Shown in pieces: positions 58,335 through 64,000 of a stretch of 64,000 bases of DNA; the stretch's first letter is position 1; each line of letters starts with the position of its first letter. The notes beneath the pieces are model-generated. The model did no database searches and was not told where the DNA came from. It saw only the letters and a list, made by a program, of their open reading frames with translations. The translations under genes and the position numbers were made by a program. The DNA is from Macrostomum lignano (Eukaryota). Location: contig NIVC01001902.1 of the NCBI GenBank assembly GCA_002269645.1, positions 1-64,000 on the forward strand, read 5' to 3'.

Positions 58335-60674
58335 TCAAGATCCACCAACTCTTAGTGTCTGAAGTCAATAAATTCAAACCTATAATAATAATATATTAAC
58401 TGAATTGGAATAATTAGAAATTGGAATAATTGTCACACCAGATTGATTAATGCAATTAAATTGTTGAGAGGATGTCATAAAATAGTGAAGAAAACAAAGC
58501 TTTTATTTCGACAATCAAAATCGATTGAACAAGCTATGTTATAGAGAAATAACAAAAGCGACCCAATTTTTGCGTACGAATGTAAGTTTGTTTGCTAGAT
58601 AAGAACCTGAAATAGAAATTTAATTACGAATTTCGCTTCGAGCAACAAAATAATCCAGCACGCAATTAGACCGCCATTTTAATTTCAATTTGTGATGGTC
58701 TAATTCGCTACGGCTGGATATAAAAAATGCATTTGTAATTTGATAATTGTTACAGAAAATAATGCATTTTTATCGCACCACGTTTTATTATTTGTTCTTC
58801 AAAGTTAGCAACGGAAGTATAATTTATAAATACACAGATGCGCAATAAAGCCAATCTTGAACTAAATTCATGCTTATTTTGTTAAATAGTGTAGATAGAA
58901 CTTTTACTAAAAATGCATTAAAAATGCACGTACATATAATGCACCAAGAATGCACTATTTTGTCATTAGATTCTGAAAATGCATTATTTGTCCATTTTGG
59001 GTCCCTAGGGAATATATGTATTAAGAATCGTGCTGTCAGCGTTCATTTTTGGCGCCGCAGGCACTCATTTTGGCGCCACAGCTGGGGACTCATTTTGGCG
59101 CCGTAGATACTCCTTTTGGCGCTATTTTTGCGCCGTGAAGAAAAATTATTGATAACAACACAACAGGTCACAATGTGGGGTGGTGGTGGGGGGACAAAGC
59201 ATTGGCATGTCCCCCATAGCTTTTACTGGGGGGAGGGACGTTCTTTTTCTTCACCCCCTCTCTCCTCTCCCTCTGCACCCATCAAAACTGTCATCAAAAA
59301 AGCAGACACCCAAAAAATCTGAGTCCGCAAAGCCAGTAGTTGATCCGAGAGCAGCTCTGCCGTGTTCAAGGATTCAATCAATGCAACTTTTTATGCCTTT
59401 TAAAAGCAGCCTCGGTTTATTAGTGATTCAACAGAGCATATTAATAGCAGATAGAATCCTCAGGTTTTCACACAGCTTCAGCAACATCAATATTGAATTA
59501 TATTGAATATATGAACATCGGGCCTAGGCGTTAAGAAAATATTGAACAAATAAGCAAATTGTGTCGAGAGCTGCAGGACTGCACGCAGTTTCCCGCGATG
59601 AAGCCACAAAGACAGAAAAATCAAATTTCAAATTTTTGCCTTTTCATTTTCAACACATTATTAAGCTGCAGAAGATTTCCAACCAGCAACATACAAAGTG
59701 AATATTTACTGCACATACTACTGATTTACAATTGCAAAAATACTGCTTTATAAAAATTGTTAACGAACGCATGAGAAAAGCTATCAGGCAAATATTAATA
59801 ATAATATATATATATATAATAGACAAAAGATAGGCTTAGATTTATATATGCATATACATATATAGTGTGCAGGCCGACCCTGATAATGGCATCACAATGG
59901 CATCAACATTCGCTAATTTAGCTTGCGTTGAAATTATGTACAATAGAAACAAAATTCGTTAACAATATTCGCATCACGCTACTGAACAAGTTAGAAACAG
60001 AATTAGAAAGGCTTATTATTAATTAAATTACAAAATTGGAAGTAGTAAAATTAGCTTGATGAGGATGAATTTATTCGGGGCATAGGCAATTTTGCCTACT
60101 AACTGTAGGCAGTAGCATCTGTAGGCTGAGGCAGATTGTAGGCTGCTGATAAAAACGTTTCTATATTTTTGCAACTGAGAAACAGAGCTGAGAAACAGTT
60201 ATGAGTAGTATGATGGGCATTTTTGTACAACACAAGTATAGAGAAAATGTCTATTCCCTACTAGTAGTAGTATGCGGAACCCTAAACATAGAAAGCTATA
60301 TATAATTTTATATGCTATGTAACTGTAATTTAATTAGCATAATTAATTACTAGATCAATTAATGTGCAATATTCAGCAGGCAAATTTGATGCAATAAAGA
60401 ATACAACGGCAGGTGAAGGATGAATGCAAATGATTTATTTTCAACAGAAATTGCAACTCAAATTGCGCCCAGTGTCAGTTCTGTGTCTGCGTGCAACTGG
60501 TGTGCTCACGCTCTGGGTTACACGAATGTCACATTTCTCGTGTCATAGGTGGGGTCGTCTTCAGTGGAATCGGCCGAGTCGCGGCCATCGTCAGCGTCGG
60601 CAGCTCGCTGCTGCTGGGGGCCCGCCGGCGCATCCGCGGGCAGCCTGCGGAAAGGTTGAAAAGGAAAAGAAAAA

Positions 60675-61295
60675 TTTAGCCGATATGTATGGAAAATTAC
60701 TTAAATATATACAAATTGCGTGTATTCTGTAGAGATCATTTAGGAAGACTGTCGATATGTATCGAATCGAAAGTAGACTTTGCAAATTACAATTTACGAA
60801 CGTTGCCGATATGTATCGAAAGAATATCTTTTGAAAATTAATATTTTATAGGACAGGGGATCAAAGCTATCAACCTTGCCGATATGTATAGAAAGTATAT
60901 TTTTTTGCAAATTAATACTTTGTGAGACAGCGGGTCTAATTTATCAACTTGCCGATATGTATCGAAAGTGACTTTTCGTAACTTACTATTCTATAGGACA
61001 GGGATCACTTTGTCAACCTTGCCGATATGTATCGAAAGTAAACTTTTAGCAAATTACTATTTTATTGGAAAGGGATCGAATTTATCAATATTGCAGACAT
61101 GCATAGAAAGTTTTTTTTAAGTATACAATTGCATACTGTAGTTAAATGCTAGAAAACTGCCGATATGTATCGAAAGTATACTTTGTTGTAGAGAAAATTT
61201 TCAAATTTTAGAGGATCAGATTTAGCAACAACGTAGCCAATATACAAGACTGGAGTAAAATATTTACAAATAAGCCGATATGTATCGAAAAAATA
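60675..61295. repeat. Degenerate ~55-75 bp tandem repeat with conserved core GCCGATATGTATCGAAAG
   Basis: About 10 cores; the intervening segments share motifs with each other. Confidence 0.8.
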
Positions 61296-61307
61296 CTTTC
61301 AAAACTC

Positions 61308-61916
61308 TCACCTATTGCCGCCAAGCAGCTGTTGAACTTCATCTTCAACATCCTCCCTGGTGGCCGGCATCGCCGCCGCCGGCTGCTGCTGCCGCTCAGG
61401 CCAGTAGAGCCGTTGCGACGGCCTGTAGGAGTTGTAGATGCTGCTGCCGCCGGCGCCGCCTCCGGCCAGTCTGTGCCGAGGGCCCGGCTGGGTGCCGTAG
61501 TTGTAGGCGGAGTCCGTGGCCTCGTAGACCCCAGTGCCGTAGCTGTCCGCCTCCGACGGAGGCACCCGACGCTGCTGTTGAGGCTGCTGCCTGCCGTTGT
61601 TGTTGTTGTTGTTGTTGTTGTTATTGTTGAAGCTCCGTCGGAACTGCTGCTGCTGTTGTTGCTGTTGCTGCGGCACTGAAGGGAGGGTGCCGTTGCGCGA
61701 CTTCGGCATGAGGCCGCCCGTCAGGGTCAGCGAGCGCTGCATGACGTCATCGATGCTCTCGTAGGTCTGCTCGGACTCCGCCATAGACGGCTGCCGGCGG
61801 TGCCGACCCAGCATCGGCGGCTGCGGCTGGCGGGACCGCGGATCGTCTGCGGGTTGGAAGGGCCAGGTTGAAGGACTGGATGGATGGTGGGGACAGACAG
61901 AGACAGACAGACAGAC

Positions 61917-61983
<67 letters not shown>

Positions 61984-61988
61984 TAAGC

Positions 61989-62027
<39 letters not shown>

Positions 62028-62048
62028 TAAGCAGACAGACAGGCAGGC

Positions 62049-62079
<31 letters not shown>

Positions 62080-62096
62080 TAAGCAGACAGAAAGGC

Positions 62097-62133
<37 letters not shown>

Positions 62134-62268
62134 CTAAGACAGACAGATAAGCAGACAGACAGACAGACAGACAGATAAGCAGACAGACAGGCAGACAGAC
62201 AGACAGAAAAACAGACGGATAAGCAGACAGACAGACAGACAGACGGACAGATAAGCAGACAGACAGGC

Positions 62269-62325
<57 letters not shown>

Positions 62326-62360
62326 GGTAAGCAGACAGACAGACAGACAGACAGATAAGC

Positions 62361-62405
<45 letters not shown>

Positions 62406-62452
62406 GCCAGACAGACAGGTAAGCAGACAGACAGACAGACAGACAGATAAGC

Positions 62453-62522
<70 letters not shown>

Positions 62523-62544
62523 GCAGACAGACAGACAAACAGGC

Positions 62545-62577
<33 letters not shown>

Positions 62578-62639
62578 CTAAGACAGACAGATAAGCAGAC
62601 AGACAGGCAGACAGACAGACAGACAGACAGACAGACAGG

Positions 62640-62675
<36 letters not shown>

Positions 62676-62712
62676 TAAGCAGACAGACAGACAGACAAAC
62701 AGACAGATAAGC

Positions 62713-62760
<48 letters not shown>

Positions 62761-64000
62761 GGCCAGTGGCTCACCCTGCTGGTACAGCGGCACCTCGCAG
62801 GTGGCATTGCGCAGCTCGTTGGGGTTGGGCGGCAGGTTGGTGAAGTTTCTGATCCCGGGATCCGTGGTCTCGCTGCTGCCTGAGTTCTCCTCGTACTCGG
62901 CCGTGTGCGCAGGCAGCGGATGGTGCATCGGCGCCAGCTGTTGCAGCAGCTGCTGCGTCCGGTAGGCATCAACCAGCTCCTCGTGGTTGCTGCTCAGAGT
63001 GGTGGCAGAGCTCATGTGGCTGGCGCGGACGCCGAGGCCCAGAGCCGGGTGCTGGTGGTGGCCGGAGGGCTGCAGCTGCGGGCCGCCCTTCGCGTAGGGC
63101 CCGCCACCCGCCAGAGTTGATGACTCGTTCTCGTACGGCGGCAGCTGCTGCTGTTGCAAAATCTGCTTTGGCTGCTTTGAGCCGCCGCCGCCGCCTCCGC
63201 CTGCTCCAGGGCCGTTGCGGACCGGCTTTGTTGCACCGTCAGCGTCGAAGGTGGCGTAGGCGCGGATGTTGCCCTTGGAGTCCACGGACTCGCGGTCGTC
63301 CTCGTCGTCTTCGTATGGCACCGCGGCTGGCGGCTTGCCGACCAGGACCTGCGGGGCCCTGATGCCTTTCTCGTGTTGTAGCAGCAGGTGCTGCTGCTGC
63401 TGGTACTGCTGATGGTAGTTGCTTCTGTGGGTTTAGGAGTCACACGGGTTCGCGAAGGGCTAGAAAAAATTCGTTAAGAGTTGGAAGGGCTGGAAGGGTT
63501 TGTGAAGGGTTGGAAGGGTTCGTGAAGGGTTGGAAGGGTTCGTGAAGGGTTGGAAGGGTTCGTGAAGGGTTGGAAGGGTTCGTGAAGGGTTGGAAGGGTT
63601 TGTGAAAGGTTGGAAGGGTTTTTGAAGGTTCGAAAGGGTTTTTGAAGGGTTGGAAGGGTTTGTGAAGCGTTGGAAGGGTTTAAGAAGGGTTGGAAAAGTT
63701 TGCAAAGTGCTGGAAGGTTTGTGAAGGGTTAGAAGGATTTGTGAAGGGTTGATAGGGTTTAAAAAGGGTTGGAAGTGTTTGTGAAGGGTTGGAAGGGTTT
63801 GTAAAGCGTTGGAAGGGTCCGTGAAGGGTTGGAAGGGTTCTTGAAGCGTTGCAAAGATTTTCCGGAGCTTCAAAAGAAAGTCTCTCACCTGTACTGCTGT
63901 TGCTGTTGGAGCAGCAAGTGCTGCTGATGAGGCGGAAGCAGGTGGTGCGGGGGCTGCTGCTGCAGTTGATCAACTGGAATTCCCGGCGAGTGCTGCTTGT
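61308..64000 (-). CDS. Dscam: Dscam-like cytoplasmic tail, last exons: >64000-63889, 63424-62775, 61846-61308; gene continues beyond window
   Basis: [16 protein letters not shown] and [19 protein letters not shown] resemble Dscam PYATF and vertebrate SSTYEELARAY / SEPGICRFTASPPKP (recalled from memory). GT-AG introns with consistent phases (2,1). Confidence 0.7.
61890..62760. repeat. (GACA)n microsatellite filling the last Dscam-like intron
   Basis: Direct inspection. Confidence 0.95.
63480..63850. repeat. 20-bp minisatellite (GAAGGGTTGGAAGGGTTYGT) in a Dscam-like intron
   Basis: Direct inspection. Confidence 0.88.

Larger units (their letters stand above)
50328..59010 (-). mobile_element. 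Full-length EnSpm/CMC-type DNA transposon, 8683 bp including a nested mariner
   Basis: TIR CCCTAGGGACCCA(T/A)AATGG..AAATAATGCATTTT matches at 32 of 35 positions; 2-bp TSD AA (50326-50327, 59011-59012); subterminal AATGCATTT repeats at both ends; internal transposase. Confidence 0.88.

Noticed and set aside
60675-61295. CRISPR-like repeat-spacer appearance
   Set aside because: Eukaryotic context, no cas genes, irregular spacing, and spacers share sequence with each other

Overview
Eukaryotic (metazoan) genomic DNA. GC-rich Gln/Ala-rich exons and introns/intergenic DNA filled with minisatellites resemble a free-living flatworm such as Macrostomum (inference, not verified). 1-23.2 kb: five co-oriented + strand genes: 3' end of an ING-family PHD gene, a 7-exon ACK1/TNK2-like tyrosine kinase (SAM-kinase-SH3-CRIB-UBA), an NTMT1/METTL11A-like N-terminal methyltransferase, a 200-aa single-domain phytochelatin-synthase-like enzyme and an intronless stomatin/MEC-2-like gene. 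23-37 kb: mostly tandem repeats and SINEs. 37.6-48.6 kb: two near-identical secreted fibrinogen-domain genes separated by nested TE debris (RNase H LINE, MITEs, THAP remnant, Penelope-like fragment with a putative hammerhead ribozyme). 50.3-59.0 kb: an apparently complete 8.7-kb EnSpm/CMC-type DNA transposon (TIRs, 2-bp TSD, intact 798-aa transposase) with a 5-exon BEN-like accessory gene not visible in the ORF track, and a mariner nested in that gene's first intron. 61.3-64 kb: last exons of a - strand Dscam-like gene. Most long ORFs in the track are translations of tandem repeats. All family assignments come from manual motif recognition; no searches were run.
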